A program made the translations under genes and the position numbers. This document shows positions 1 to 7,148 of a stretch of 16,103 nt of DNA, in pieces. Position 1 is the first letter of the stretch. The number at the start of each line of letters is the position of its first letter. The DNA comes from a virus: the UHGV virus genome UHGV-0276752. One strand, given 5' to 3'. The notes under the pieces are model-generated. The model was not told the origin of the DNA, ran no database searches, and worked only from the letters and a program-made list of their open reading frames with translations.

Positions 1-168
1 ATTGACCACTTCGGAACCCAGCGTGCTGTTGCTAAAGCACTAGGCATTAGCGATGCGGCAGTCTCTCAGTGGAAAGAAGTTATCCCAGAGAAAGACGCCT
101 ATCGATTGGAAATCGTTACAGCTGGCGCCCTGAAGTATCAAGAAAGTGCTTACCGCCAAGCGGCATAA
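1..168 (+). CDS. cro: Cro-type HTH repressor, 5'-truncated (only the C-terminal 55 codons are in the window)
   Basis: Frame 1 reads IDHFGTQRAVAKALGISDAAVSQWKEVIPEKDAYRLEIVTAGALKYQESAYRQAA then TAA at 166-168. The GISxxAVSQW helix-turn-helix matches P22-type Cro as I recall it. Position directly upstream of a cII homologue fits. Confidence 0.8.
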   Translation: MDHFGTQRAVAKALGISDAAVSQWKEVIPEKDAYRLEIVTAGALKYQESAYRQAA

Positions 169-174
169 GCAAAT

Positions 175-186
175 TGCTCTTTAACA
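175..186 (+). promoter_or_regulatory. boxA-like antitermination element (nutR candidate) in the cro-cII intergenic region
   Basis: TGCTCTTTAACA matches the boxA consensus (TGCTCTTTAACAA, from memory). Two hairpins follow (TCACC-N8-GGTGA at 198-215; GCGGCA-N13-TGCCGC at 226-250) that could be boxB and/or tR1. Location equals lambda nutR. Confidence 0.5.
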
Positions 187-283
187 GTTCTGGCCTTTCA
201 CCTCTAACCGGGTGAGCAAACATCAGCGGCAAATCCATTGGGTGTGCCGCTATAACTCAATATCAATATAGGAAAATTAACAA

Positions 284-580
284 ATGGCACAAGCAAGCTA
301 CAGCAAGCCAACACAGCGAGAAATTGATCGCGCTGAAACTGATTTACTCATCAACCTGTCAACGCTTACCCATCGCGGTCTGGCAAAGATGATTGGCTGT
401 CATGAATCGAAGATAAGCAGAACGGACTGGAGATTTATTGCTTCGGTCTTGTGTGCTTTCGGAATGGCATCAGACATCAGTCCGATTAGCAGGGCTTTTA
501 AGTATGCGCTTGATGAAATCACAAAGAAAAAATCCCCGGCCGCCACCGAGGATTTTAAGCAAATTGATATGCAATTCTGA
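284..580 (+). CDS. cII: CII-family transcriptional activator (P22 c1 equivalent)
   Basis: 98 aa ORF. C-terminus KKKSPAATEDFKQIDMQF closely parallels the lambda CII C-terminus (NKKRPAATERSEQIQMEF, from memory). Central HTH (LAKMIGCHESKISR). Gene order cro-cII. Confidence 0.8.
   Translation: MAQASYSKPTQREIDRAETDLLINLSTLTHRGLAKMIGCHESKISRTDWRFIASVLCAFGMASDISPISRAFKYALDEITKKKSPAATEDFKQIDMQF
293..306 (-). promoter_or_regulatory. CII-binding motif TTGC-N6-TTGC (PRE-like -35 region) on the minus strand, overlapping the 5' end of cII
   Basis: Plus strand GCAAGCTACAGCAA is TTGCTGTAGCTTGC on the minus strand. In lambda the CII-activated PRE has the same motif at the same position, firing leftward. 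Confidence 0.45.
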
Positions 581-612
581 GGGAATTACTGGATCAATCC
601 ACAGGAGTAATT

Positions 613-774
613 ATGACAAAACGTCGTAAGAAATACCAGGAAAAAGAAGAGATTCGACACCCTGATTCACCTGAGGGATTAGTGGTAGCCGCAGCAAATA
701 ACAGGGCGTTCGCAGAGCGCCTTGTTGGTGTTTACAGACTAGCCAAAGCAGGAGTGAAACATGGGCGTCGTTAA
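613..774 (+). CDS. Small basic hypothetical protein (53 aa), below the 60 aa cutoff of the ORF track; possibly the orf48-type gene found between c1 and gene 18 in P22-like phages
   Basis: ATG at 613 preceded by AGGAG at 603-607. Translation MTKRRKKYQEKEEIRHPDSPEGLVVAAANNRAFAERLVGVYRLAKAGVKHGRR, stop TAA 772-774. Fills the cII-to-replication gap. Confidence 0.45.
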   Translation: MTKRRKKYQEKEEIRHPDSPEGLVVAAANNRAFAERLVGVYRLAKAGVKHGRR

Positions 775-1651
775 GTTAGCTGATTACAGGCATAACCCTG
801 TACAACATCAGGAGGCATCCAGTATGGGGTATGTCTCTATACACCGCCAGTTTATGGACAGCAGGCTCTATAAGGACTCTCAGGCAGTACATCTTTGGCT
901 TCACTTAATCCTCAAGGCTAATCACGAATCTACTGTCGTCAATACGGATATCGGTCCGATAACTGTTGATCGCGGTCAGATGATAACTGGACGCCCGTCG
1001 CTGATCAGAGAAACATTCATCCCAGACAACAAAGTTCGGAGCTTATTACGGACTTTTGAGTCGAAAGGGATGCTTAATATTTGCGCGATGGGGAAGAAAT
1101 TTAGCCTGTTTACAATCGTTAAATATGACGATTTTCAGTCAAAAAATTGTCCAACGGTTGTCCAACGGTTGTCCAACGCAAACACCAGTAATGGCGCGGC
1201 TCTCAGCGGAGATTGTCCAACGGTTGTCCAACGGTTGTCCATAAACAATAATATAAATAATATCTCTAATACTGACGTATTAGAGAGTGCCACAGCAGAC
1301 AAAAAGTCTGACAAGAAAAAACCTTCCGTCAGCTGTCAGGATGTTGTCGATGCTTACCACGAAATCCTTCCTGAAGCTCCAAGAATCCGCGCACTGAATG
1401 ACAAGCGTAAAAACCAGATCCGAACGTTCTGGCGCAAAGCCGGAGTGATAACCCGCCAGCTTGACGGGCATGGGTTCACGATGCAGGACTGGAGAAATTA
1501 TTTGAGCTACGTAGGCGAAAATTGCCGATGGATGTTCGAAGAGCGTCCAAACCATCAACGCGGAACCGTCTGGCACAAAAAGGGATTTGATTTCCTGCTT
1601 AACGATAATACCTACCTGAAAGTTCGTGAGGGTGAACACGATGACCGATAA
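761..1651 (+). CDS. Replication initiator protein (lambda O / P22 gene 18 analogue) containing the origin iterons
   Basis: Long ORF immediately upstream of and overlapping the helicase gene; internal iterons and AT-rich tract as in lambda O. Two candidate starts, each with an SD: ATG 761 (AGGAG at 750-754) and ATG 824 (GGAGG at 811-815). The 761 start would overlap the small ORF by 14 nt. Confidence 0.75.
   Translation: MGVVKLADYRHNPVQHQEASSMGYVSIHRQFMDSRLYKDSQAVHLWLHLILKANHESTVVNTDIGPITVDRGQMITGRPSLIRETFIPDNKVRSLLRTFESKGMLNICAMGKKFSLFTIVKYDDFQSKNCPTVVQRLSNANTSNGAALSGDCPTVVQRLSINNNINNISNTDVLESATADKKSDKKKPSVSCQDVVDAYHEILPEAPRIRALNDKRKNQIRTFWRKAGVITRQLDGHGFTMQDWRNYLSYVGENCRWMFEERPNHQRGTVWHKKGFDFLLNDNTYLKVREGEHDDR
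1147..1242 (+). repeat. Origin-of-replication iterons: 11-bp unit TTGTCCAACGG in two clusters (3 copies at 1147-1179, 2.5 copies at 1213-1242), followed by an AT-rich tract (1241-1275)
   Basis: Direct tandem repeats read from the sequence; encoded peptide repeat CPTVVQRLSN appears twice. Architecture mirrors ori-lambda inside O. Confidence 0.8.
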
Positions 1652-3077
1652 TTTTTATGCGCCGCCCCATAGCATCGAGGCAGAGCAGGCGGTGATTGGT
1701 GGATTGCTTCTGGATGATGACAGCAGTGAGCGCGTCCAGAAAGTCCTGGCGATGCTGAAGCCTGATTCATTTTACAGCCGACCACACAAAATCATTTTCG
1801 AAGAAATAACCAGAATGCACCGTGAGCAAAAGCCAGTAGATGGCCTGACGCTTTTCGATGAACTGGAGCGTAAATCGTTAACGGTGTCTGTTGGCGGTTT
1901 TGCTTATATCGCTGAGATCGCAAAGAACACGCCAAGCGCAGCAAACATCGTTGCCTATGCAATGCAGGTTCGTGAAACCGCAATGGAGCGCTACGCCATC
2001 AACCGCATGACTGAAGCGACGGAATTGCTCTATTCCCGCAACGGAATGACTGCAACGCAGAAGTACGAAGCTATTCAGTCGATTTTCACGCAACTGACAG
2101 ACCATGCAAAAACCGGATCGCGTCGCGGCCTTCGTTCATTTGGTGAGGTCATGGAAGACTGGGTTAGCGACCTTGAGAAGCGATTTGACCCGTCAGGCGA
2201 ACAACGAGGAATGAGCACAGGGATCCCATCGCTGGACAGGATGCTGTCACCGAAAGGTCTGGTGAAAGGCTCTCTGTTTGTCATTGGCTCTCGCCCTAAG
2301 ATGGGGAAAACGACGCTATACAGCCAGATGGCAATCAATTGCGCAGTGCATGAGAAAAAGCCCGCTCTGATGTTCAGCCTTGAAATGCCAGGTGACCAGA
2401 TACTGGAAAAACTGGTGGGACAGAAGTCAGGTGTTAACCCGAATATTTTTTACCTTCCGGCGACAAATGACGCTGATGACGGCTATCAGGGTGATTACGA
2501 TGGTGACTTCAACAGGGCGATCGAAACAGCCAATCGCTTGAGTGAAATCGACCTGCTTTACATCGACGACACGCCGGGATTATCTCTGGCTCAAATAGTC
2601 AGCGAAAGCCGTCGAATCAAGCGAGAAAAAGGATGTGTTGGCATGATTCTGGTCGATTACCTGACACTAATGACCGCTGAAAAGGCCGATCGCAACGACC
2701 TTGCTTACGGCATGATCACCAAAGGACTGAAGAACCTTGCCAAAGAGCTTGATTGCGTTGTTGTGCTTCTGACACAGCTTAACCGCGCACTGGAAAGCCG
2801 AACCAATAAACGCCCATTACCAAGTGACTCGCGCGATACAGGGCAGATTGAACAGGATTGCGATTATTGGGTGGGGAGCCATCGTGAAGGTGCTTTTGAT
2901 GACAGTGTTCCGCCTGGTGAAACCGAACTAATCCTTCGTCTCAATCGTCATGGCAATACCGGCACGGTGTATTGCATTCAGGCAAATGGCGCTATTTATG
3001 ACACAGACCAACAGTCTGCTGAAATGCGCCGCCGTGAACGCGAGGAACCGCAGTCCAAGAAGAAAGGAGGATTCTGA
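1641..3077 (+). CDS. DnaB-family replicative DNA helicase (P22 gene 12 analogue)
   Basis: ATG 1641 (MTDNFYAPPHSIEAEQAVIGGLL, typical DnaB N-terminus). Walker A SRPKMGKT, Walker B-like ILVDYL, and the RecA-like C-terminal region. The GTG at 1626 in the track is a less likely start. Confidence 0.9.
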   Translation: MTDNFYAPPHSIEAEQAVIGGLLLDDDSSERVQKVLAMLKPDSFYSRPHKIIFEEITRMHREQKPVDGLTLFDELERKSLTVSVGGFAYIAEIAKNTPSAANIVAYAMQVRETAMERYAINRMTEATELLYSRNGMTATQKYEAIQSIFTQLTDHAKTGSRRGLRSFGEVMEDWVSDLEKRFDPSGEQRGMSTGIPSLDRMLSPKGLVKGSLFVIGSRPKMGKTTLYSQMAINCAVHEKKPALMFSLEMPGDQILEKLVGQKSGVNPNIFYLPATNDADDGYQGDYDGDFNRAIETANRLSEIDLLYIDDTPGLSLAQIVSESRRIKREKGCVGMILVDYLTLMTAEKADRNDLAYGMITKGLKNLAKELDCVVVLLTQLNRALESRTNKRPLPSDSRDTGQIEQDCDYWVGSHREGAFDDSVPPGETELILRLNRHGNTGTVYCIQANGAIYDTDQQSAEMRRREREEPQSKKKGGF

Positions 3078-3105
3078 TGACCATCTACATCACTGAGCTA
3101 ATAAC

Positions 3106-3136
3106 AGGCCTGCTGGTAATCGCAGGCCTTTTTATT
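3106..3136 (+). terminator. Rho-independent terminator (tR2-like) between the helicase gene and ninB
   Basis: AGGCCTGC (3106-3113), 8-nt loop, GCAGGCCT (3122-3129), then TTTTTATTT. Confidence 0.7.
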
Positions 3137-3153
3137 TGGGGGAGAGGGAAGTC

Positions 3154-3594
3154 ATGAAAAAACTAACCTTTGAAATTCGATCTCCAGCACATCAGCAAAA
3201 CGCTATTCACGCAGTACAGCAAATCCTTCCAGACCCAACCAAACCAATCGTAGTAACCATTCAGGAACGCAACCGCAGCTTAGACCAAAATCGGAAGCTT
3301 TGGGCTTGCCTTGGTGACGTTTCGCGTCAGGTTGAATGGCATGGTCGCTGGCTGGATGCAGAAAGCTGGAAGTGTGTGTTTACCGCAGCATTAAAGCAGC
3401 AGGACGTTGTTCCTAACCTTGCCGGGAATGGCTTTGTGGTAATAGGCCAGTCAACCAGCAGGATGCGTGTAAGCGAATTTGCGGAGCTATTAGAGCTTAT
3501 ACAGGCATTCGGTACAGAACGTGGCGTTAAGTGGTCAGACGAAGCGCAACTGGCTCTCGAATGGAAAGCGCGATGGGGAGACCGGGCAGCATGA
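3154..3594 (+). CDS. ninB: NinB (Orf-family recombination mediator)
   Basis: ATG 3154 with GGGAGAGGGAAG SD. Protein [28 protein letters not shown]... is essentially identical to lambda NinB as I recall it. The TTG at 3136 in the track is unlikely to be the start. Confidence 0.9.
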   Translation: MKKLTFEIRSPAHQQNAIHAVQQILPDPTKPIVVTIQERNRSLDQNRKLWACLGDVSRQVEWHGRWLDAESWKCVFTAALKQQDVVPNLAGNGFVVIGQSTSRMRVSEFAELLELIQAFGTERGVKWSDEAQLALEWKARWGDRAA

Positions 3595-3764
3595 TGCGAT
3601 GTTATCGGTGCGGTGAATGCAAAGAAGATAACCGCTTCCGACCAAATCAACCTTACTGGAATCGATGGTGTCTCCGGTGTGAAAGAACACCAACAGGGGT
3701 GTTACCACTACCGCAGGAAAAGGAGGACGTGTGGCGAGACAGCGACGAAGTATCACCGACATAA
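3591..3764 (+). CDS. ninD: NinD, small Cys-rich zinc-ribbon-like protein
   Basis: ATGATG at 3591 overlaps the ninB stop (ATGA). [19 protein letters not shown]...CLRCERT carries two CxxC pairs. Position after ninB as in P22. Confidence 0.7.
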   Translation: MMRCYRCGECKEDNRFRPNQPYWNRWCLRCERTPTGVLPLPQEKEDVWRDSDEVSPT

Positions 3765-3913
3765 TCTGTGAAAACTGCAAATACCTTCCAACGAAACGCT
3801 CCAGAAACAAACGCAAGCCAATCCCAAAAGAATCTGACGTAAAAACCTTCAACTACACGGCTCGCCTGTGGGATATCCGGTGGCTAAGAGAACGTGCGAG
3901 GAAAACAAGGTGA
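3731..3913 (+). CDS. ninE: NinE
   Basis: GTG start 3731 preceded by AAGGAGGA (3718-3725). Product [60 protein letters not shown] matches lambda/P22 NinE from memory. Confidence 0.75.
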   Translation: MARQRRSITDIICENCKYLPTKRSRNKRKPIPKESDVKTFNYTARLWDIRWLRERARKTR

Positions 3914-4080
3914 TTGACCCAAATCGAAGTTACGAACAAGGAAGTGTCGAGCGAGCTTTAACGTGCGCTAACTGCGGTCAGAAGCTGCATGTGCTGGAAG
4001 TTCACGTGTGCTCCGATTGCTGCGCAGAACTGATGAGCGATCCGAATAGCTCAATGTACGAGGAAGAAGACGATGAGTGA
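3910..4080 (+). CDS. ninF: NinF, small Cys-rich protein
   Basis: GTG 3910 overlaps the ninE stop (GTGA). Product [56 protein letters not shown] resembles lambda NinF from memory. Alternative upstream ATG at 3868. Confidence 0.7.
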   Translation: MIDPNRSYEQGSVERALTCANCGQKLHVLEVHVCSDCCAELMSDPNSSMYEEEDDE

Positions 4081-4798
4081 GTTAATAAATGGCAACGCCA
4101 TCAAAATGACAAGCATTGAAATCGCTGAGTTGGTAGAAAGCCGCCATAGCAATGTAAAAGTATCCATAGATAGATTGGTGAAGCGTGGCGTTATCAAGCC
4201 TCCTGCATTGCAGCACACTAACATAATCAATGATTTAGGTGTTATTACCGGGAAGCGTGATTTCTACGTCTTCGAAGGCGAAAAAGGTAAGCGCGATAGC
4301 ATTATTGTCGTTGCCCAGTTGTCGCCGGAATTCACCGCTCGTCTTGTTGACCGCTGGCGAGAGCTTGAAGAAGCTGCGGTTAATATCCCCAAAACGCTAC
4401 CGGAAGCGTTGCGCCTTGCTGCTGATCTTGCTGAGCAGAAAATGCAACTGGAAAACCAGCTCGCAATTGCCGCACCTAAAGTTGAGTTTGCCGATCGAGT
4501 TGGCGAGGCCAGTGGAATTTTGATTGGAAACTTTGCAAAGGTTGTTGGTATTGGTCCAAACAAACTGTTTGCGTGGATGCGCTATCACAAAATCCTTATT
4601 GCTTCAGGTGCCCGGCGCAATGTGCCAATGCAGGAATATATGGAGCGCGGCTATTTCACAGTGAAAGAAACAGCGGTCAACACAAATCACGGAATACAGA
4701 TATCGTTCACTACAAAAATCACCGGACGTGGCCAACAGTGGCTGACCAGAAAGCTGCTCGATAACGGAATGCTGAAAGTAACCGGGGAGGCTGCTTAA
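4073..4798 (+). CDS. Antirepressor-like protein: Rha-like N-terminal domain plus KilA-C/ANT C-terminal domain
   Basis: 241 aa. N-terminal region with TSIEIAELVESRHSNV and DSIIVVAQLSPEFTARLVDRWRELE (Rha/Bro-N-like). C-terminal LPEALRLAADLAEQKMQLENQLAIAAPKVEFADRV is typical of the KilA-C/ANT antirepressor domain. Start overlaps the ninF stop; stop overlaps the next start (TAATG). Confidence 0.7.
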   Translation: MSELINGNAIKMTSIEIAELVESRHSNVKVSIDRLVKRGVIKPPALQHTNIINDLGVITGKRDFYVFEGEKGKRDSIIVVAQLSPEFTARLVDRWRELEEAAVNIPKTLPEALRLAADLAEQKMQLENQLAIAAPKVEFADRVGEASGILIGNFAKVVGIGPNKLFAWMRYHKILIASGARRNVPMQEYMERGYFTVKETAVNTNHGIQISFTTKITGRGQQWLTRKLLDNGMLKVTGEAA

Positions 4799-5088
4799 TG
4801 GCTAACCTACGCAAAGAAGCACGCGGCAGAGAATGCCAGGTACGTATTTACGGCGTATGCAATGGTAATCCTGAAACTACAGTTCTGGCACATTACCGGA
4901 TGGCTGGAATTTGCGGAACGGGGATGAAGCCTGAAGACCTGATCGGCGCATGGGCTTGTAGCGCGTGTCACGATGAAATCGACCGACGCACCCATAACCT
5001 CGACAACAAAGACGCCAGACTTTACCACCTCGAAGGCGTGATCAGGACGCAGGCGATACTGCTGAAGGAGGGGAAGATTAAGTCATGA
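4798..5088 (+). CDS. ybcO: YbcO-like protein (DUF1364), predicted Zn-binding nuclease of lambdoid nin regions
   Basis: MANLRKEARGRECQVRIYGVCNGNPETTVLAHYR...ACSACHDEIDRR closely resembles E. coli DLP12 YbcO as I recall it. Conserved Cys/His pattern. Confidence 0.75.
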   Translation: MANLRKEARGRECQVRIYGVCNGNPETTVLAHYRMAGICGTGMKPEDLIGAWACSACHDEIDRRTHNLDNKDARLYHLEGVIRTQAILLKEGKIKS

Positions 5089-5609
5089 ACGGTAAAAGAT
5101 ATCCAACACAAAAAGAAATCAATGAATTGTATGAATATAATAGCGAAACAGGTTTGTTTATATACAAGAGAAGAGAAAGTGTAAGAGAGTGCTGGAATTC
5201 AACATATGCCGGTAAGATTGCTGGTTCTATAGATGAAAAAGGATACGTTCGTATATCTGTAAATAAAAAAGTTTGTCGAGCTCATAGAATCGCATGGATA
5301 TCCTTTTATGGAAGTGAACCTGATGGGGAAATTGACCACATAAATGGAGTTAAAAGCGATAACAGAATATGCAATTTGCGCGTTGTAGATGATAAACAGA
5401 ACTCAAGGAACAGAAAAAAGCCTATTAATAATCGCTCTGGAGTAATGGGGGTTGCCTACTATAAGAAGAATAAAAAGTGGGGCGCATATATAAACAGTGA
5501 TAATAAAAAGATATTTCTTGGATTATACGATGACATATCTCTAGCCGTTAATGCCAGAAAATTGGCGGAATCACGATTGGGGTATCACCATAATCATGGG
5601 AGAGGATAA
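5085..5609 (+). CDS. HNH homing-type endonuclease with an AP2-like DNA-binding domain
   Basis: 174 aa. HNH core EIDHINGVKSDNRICNLRVV...QNSRNR. C-terminal GVMGVAYYKKNKKWGAYIN...GLYDDISLAVNARKLAESRLGY resembles the AP2/IENR-type domain of phage homing endonucleases. Markedly AT-rich (about 35% GC by eye, versus about 50% in flanks). Confidence 0.8.
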   Translation: MNGKRYPTQKEINELYEYNSETGLFIYKRRESVRECWNSTYAGKIAGSIDEKGYVRISVNKKVCRAHRIAWISFYGSEPDGEIDHINGVKSDNRICNLRVVDDKQNSRNRKKPINNRSGVMGVAYYKKNKKWGAYINSDNKKIFLGLYDDISLAVNARKLAESRLGYHHNHGRG

Positions 5610-5971
5610 ATGGCAGAATACAGATTCACACTTCCGTACCCACCGTCGCTGAACACCTACTGGCGAAGACGGGGAAGCCAATACTACATCAGCGATAAAG
5701 GCCAGAAATACCGAAAAGACGTCCAGCAAATCATCCGCCAACTTAAGTTAGACATTTTCACCAAATCACGACTCCGCATCAAAGTCATCGCAGACGTTCC
5801 AGACTCCCGCCGCCGCGACCTCGACAACATCCTGAAAGGTTTACTCGACTCCCTTATCCACGCCGGATTTGCGGAAGACGACGAGCAATTCGATGACATT
5901 CGCGTAATTCGTGGTGGAAAGTACCAGGCGGAAGGCTTGGAATAAAAATCACCGAACTGGAGAACGCATGA
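5610..5971 (+). pseudogene. rusA: RusA Holliday-junction resolvase with an apparent 1-nt deletion frameshift near 5911-5920
   Basis: Frame 0 (5610-5945) gives a RusA-like N-terminus (TLPYPPSLNTYW, PDSRRRDLDN) but ends ...IRVIRGGKYQAEGLE. A second frame (5912-5971) encodes WWKVPGGRLGIKITELENA, matching the canonical RusA C-terminus (KGGRLELTITEMGNE, from memory). Its stop at 5969-5971 overlaps the ninH ATG (ATGA). Repaired length would be 120 aa, equal to RusA. Confidence 0.6.
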
Positions 5972-6156
5972 ACGCCACAATTCAAACGATACCAGAGCTT
6001 CTTATCCAGACACGAGGCAATCAGACCGAAGTGGCGAGGATGCTTTCCTGCGCAAGAGGAACAGTGCTCAAGTACAACCGAGACAGCAAAGGTGAGCGTC
6101 ACGTAATAGTTAACGGCGTCCTGATGGTCAAACAGGGCAAGAGGGGAAGACGATGA
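5968..6156 (+). CDS. ninH: NinH
   Basis: ATG 5968. MNATIQTIPELLIQTRGNQTEVARMLSCARGTVLKYNRDSKGERHVIVNGVLMV resembles lambda NinH (..KTIPDMLVEAYGNQTEVARRL.CSRGTV.KY.., from memory). HTH-like. Confidence 0.75.
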   Translation: MNATIQTIPELLIQTRGNQTEVARMLSCARGTVLKYNRDSKGERHVIVNGVLMVKQGKRGRR

Positions 6157-6641
6157 GCATAAGAGAACTAAACCTCACCAAAGAACAGCAGGAGTGGCTG
6201 AATGGCTGGCTTGAACTGTGGGGCGCATGGGTTTATTCAGGTCGTCTTGAAAAGCGCATGAGCAGCGTAATAGCGAAGTTCATGGAGAGCGTAGAGCCGG
6301 GAAGAGTTATGACAAGGCCAATGTGCAATGATGATGATGGAATGTTGATTTCTCAGGTCGTCGATTCCGTCATGTACATTGACAAGAAAGCCTTTGGCAT
6401 CCTCCTCAGCTACTACGCCCATGGATCTTCCAAGCACGCCATTGCATCTTACTATCATCGTGTCGCAAGACCTCGCAAGATGTTATGCCGGGGCGGCGGG
6501 CGTATTCAAAAACCATCGCTCGCAACCTGTCGCCGGGAAGTTGACGAAATCCTCAATGCTTCGTTGTTTATGATTTACCCGGTTCTGGATAGTGCGTTTA
6601 AAAACCGGAAACGTGTAGAGAAAATTAAACATGTAGCATAG
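6153..6641 (+). CDS. Q: Late-gene antiterminator Q (P22 gene 23 / phage 82-933W Q type)
   Basis: 162 aa. ELWGAWVYSG motif and overall pattern resemble Q proteins of 82/933W/P22 type. Located between ninH and the late promoter/lysis genes. ATGA overlap with ninH. Confidence 0.8.
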   Translation: MSIRELNLTKEQQEWLNGWLELWGAWVYSGRLEKRMSSVIAKFMESVEPGRVMTRPMCNDDDGMLISQVVDSVMYIDKKAFGILLSYYAHGSSKHAIASYYHRVARPRKMLCRGGGRIQKPSLATCRREVDEILNASLFMIYPVLDSAFKNRKRVEKIKHVA

Positions 6642-6647
6642 AACGTG

Positions 6648-6682
6648 TTGACATCATTGAGCAAATGAGCAACACTATTCGC
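6648..6682 (+). promoter_or_regulatory. Candidate late promoter PR' (with expected qut region) just downstream of Q
   Basis: Perfect -35 hexamer TTGACA at 6648-6653, 7 nt after the Q stop. The -10 is not clear-cut (candidates ACACTA/CACTAT about 17-20 nt downstream). Position is as in lambda. Confidence 0.35.
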
Positions 6683-7012
6683 ATAAGCTGCCGTTAGTGA
6701 CTCTTAAGTTGCAACGGTGGCTTTTTTTGTTTGCACAACAGGTAAGAGCATTGAACCCGCAGACCTCGCGGAATTGGTGAAAGGTGCCGCGCAGTGCTCT
6801 TATCGTTGTGGTGAATGCACAGGCTGATGTGTAAGGGCAAGAATCTTTCGCTGGATTCGGTGTGGCCACGTAGCCCGCTGTAGGCAGTTGCAGCAAACCG
6901 GAGATCAGCACCGGTCGCCACAATCCAAACTGAGCCGTAGCCACTGGCTATCCTGAATTCATCAGTGATAGTTATGCTGCGGCCTTCTACACATGATCTT
7001 CGTGAAAGCGGG

Positions 7013-7050
7013 TGGCATGAGGTTGAGCTAACAACCTCCTGCCGTTTTGC
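7013..7050 (+). terminator. Rho-independent terminator candidate (tR'-like) ending the short late-leader transcript
   Basis: GGCATGAGGTTG (7013-7024), loop AGCTAA, CAACCTCCTGCC (7031-7042): a 12-bp stem with one mismatch, followed by GTTTTG. A weaker hairpin plus T7 run lies at about 6690-6730. Confidence 0.5.
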
Positions 7051-7148
7051 CCGTGCATATCGGTCACGAACAAATCTGATTACTAAACACAGTAGCCTGG
7101 ATTTGTTCTATCAGTAACCGACCATATTCCTAATTAAATAGAGCAAAT

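Noticed and set aside
1147-1242. Short direct repeats that might suggest a CRISPR array
   Set aside because: The repeats are 11 bp, contiguous with no unique spacers, and lie inside a replication initiator gene next to an AT-rich tract. These are origin iterons, not CRISPR.
1056-1244. Plus-strand ORF of 62 aa spanning the iterons in another frame
   Set aside because: An alternative-frame artefact of the repeated iteron sequence within the initiator gene.
1280-1639. Minus-strand ORF of 119 aa
   Set aside because: It is fully antisense to the replication initiator gene, with no independent support.
3136-3153. TTG start for ninB and GTG 1626 start for the helicase as given in the ORF track
   Set aside because: Downstream ATGs (3154, 1641) have proper SD spacing and give the N-termini expected for NinB and DnaB-type helicases.
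4239-4588. Several 60-100 aa ORFs on both strands inside the antirepressor-like gene
   Set aside because: They overlap a well-supported longer ORF with recognisable domains and have no start signals of their own.
6675-6944. Minus-strand ORFs of 89 aa and 75 aa in the Q-S leader
   Set aside because: No SD, and they are antisense to the late leader in a region with promoter and terminator signals. Likely chance ORFs.
6840-6970. Possible tRNA or tRNA remnant in the Q-S region (GGATTCGG resembles the complement of a T-loop)
   Set aside because: I could not fold a cloverleaf on either strand: no paired acceptor stem, no 7-nt anticodon loop and no CCA context. At most it is a degraded remnant; tRNAscan-SE would settle it.
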